A DNA stretch of 63,463 bases, the filler included, from an uncultured virus (IMG/VR IMGVR_UViG_2049941000_000142) (Duplodnaviria; Heunggongvirae; Uroviricota; Caudoviricetes). It is 13 parts of one record of this genome, joined end to end, with 100 filler letters (N's around TTAATTAATTAA, not from the genome) between each part and the next. Parts side by side here need not be neighbours in the genome. Positions count along the whole stretch, not along the records: positions 59,377 to 63,463 come from IMGVR_UViG_2049941000_000142; 12 more parts are not named here. One strand, 5' to 3'. The notes beneath the pieces are model-generated. The model was not told the origin of the DNA. It was given only the letters and a program-made list of their open reading frames with translations, and did no database searches. The position numbers were made by a program, and so were the translations under genes. Positions 62,407-63,463 of the stretch are shown in pieces (position 1 is the stretch's first letter; each line of letters starts with the position of its first letter).

Positions 62407-62479
62407 AGGGGAAAACAGGCAATTTGGATCGTCCGGTCTCCAAAACCGTAGGCCGAGGGTTCGAAGCCTTCTTCCCCTG
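62407..62479 (+). tRNA. Degenerate tRNA-Trp(CCA)-like sequence, probable attP core
   Basis: Acceptor AGGGGAA/TTCCCCT, anticodon arm CGGT-CTCCAAA-ACCG, T arm GAGGG-TTCGAAG-CCTTC; D arm does not pair; adjacent to the integrase 3' end. Confidence 0.75.
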
Positions 62480-62485
62480 CTTCAC

Positions 62486-62534
62486 AAAAGGTTCTTGATT
62501 TTGATCTAAATGGTTGAAATCAAGAACTTTTTTG
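62486..62534. terminator. Hairpin/terminator after the tRNA-like att
   Basis: AAAAGGTTCTTGATTT ... AAATCAAGAACTTTTT. Confidence 0.7.
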
Positions 62535-62672
62535 TTGTTTTAATACCGAAAACAAGAAATCGTGTAGTCTGTTTGTAGCGTTTAAAAGTGCAATTGTAGT
62601 GCCTATTTAGCGTGATTTACGTTGCACAAATGTTGCACTTTTTTCATCCCATTTTATTTCCAGACCGTAGGT

Positions 62673-63463
62673 CTACAAAGAAAGGGATGTATGCCGGATT
62701 TTTTCTGCTGTAGATGCAAGCTGTTGCTCCTCGATATAGTCGGTGTAAACAGCCATCGTAATGTCCGGCGATGCGTGACCCATGAGGTACTGTGCTTCTT
62801 TCGGCTGTACCCCATTTGCGATAAGGCGTGTGCAGTAAGTGTGTCTCAACTGATGCGGATGGACGGAGAAGTCTATCTTCTTCATAGCATCCATCGTGCC
62901 GGGGCCGCCTACTGATCTGTAGGAAACGAGATCCCACATCCGGCGGAAAGAAGCTTCGGAAAGGAAATGCCCATCTCTCATGGAGAACACATACTTCGAA
63001 TTGCTCTTCCTCTTCTCGGCGATCAGAACATCGTACACTTCCTGCGAGAATGGGATCGTCCGTCTTGCAGAGTTCGTCTTCATATCCTTATTGATCTCAC
63101 CCTGGCGATTGTCAAGAGTGTAGACGATACTCCGGTTGACTCTCAGATATCTGTTTTCAAAGTCGATGTCATCCCACATCAGACCGAGTGCTTCGCCTTT
63201 ACGCAAACCGCAGAAGAGAACTACTACGATGAATGGGTACACCCTCGATCCTTTGGTAGCTTCAAGAAGAACTCTGCACTGATCATCTGTCAGGGATTCA
63301 ACCTTATCCGGATCTTTAGCAATCGGTCTCTTCTTGTAGGTAGGTGACTTCGGAATGATGCCGTTCTCGATAGCGAGATCGAAAAGCATTCCGGCATAAG
63401 TCAAAACTTTTTTCTGCGTGGACTTTGACAGATGTCCGAGGTGCTTGAGCATCTTATCAATAT
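62673..63463 (-). CDS. int: Phage integrase (tyrosine recombinase), 5' truncated
   Basis: GLRKGEALGL.WDDID, KT..RRTIP, HQLRHTY, MGH..IT..VY. Confidence 0.95.
   Translation of the reverse strand, partial: IDKMLKHLGHLSKSTQKKVLTYAGMLFDLAIENGIIPKSPTYKKRPIAKDPDKVESLTDDQCRVLLEATKGSRVYPFIVVVLFCGLRKGEALGLMWDDIDFENRYLRVNRSIVYTLDNRQGEINKDMKTNSARRTIPFSQEVYDVLIAEKRKSNSKYVFSMRDGHFLSEASFRRMWDLVSYRSVGGPGTMDAMKKIDFSVHPHQLRHTYCTRLIANGVQPKEAQYLMGHASPDITMAVYTDYIEEQQLASTAEKIRHTSLSL

Overview
Gappy, locally shuffled assembly of a temperate tailed phage of a Firmicutes/Clostridia-like host, with podovirus-type (P22-like portal/nozzle) virion genes. It has many N gaps, artificial TTAATTAATTAA scaffold linkers and a few chimeric contig ends. 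Left arm (- strand): primase-helicase, SNF2 helicase, DUF2800 nuclease, C5 DNA methyltransferase, RNA ligase, VRR-NUC, and a control region with an iteron-like repeat array. Middle (+ strand): TerL, a GIY-YIG endonuclease, portal, a diversity-generating retroelement (target, avd, TR, RT), scaffold, and a major capsid gene split by a group I intron carrying a GIY-YIG homing endonuclease. These are followed by tail genes with an embedded tyrosine recombinase, lysis genes, and a ~19.5 kb giant polyvalent virion protein gene with HExxH peptidase, ART-like, ParB-like and C5-methyltransferase domains separated by a recurring [KR]AS motif. Right arm (- strand): small accessory genes, an esterase, a tRNA-Trp-like attP and an integrase. 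CCGG is strongly over-represented in the two core-gene kilobases I counted. All domain calls are by motif recognition; no searches were run.
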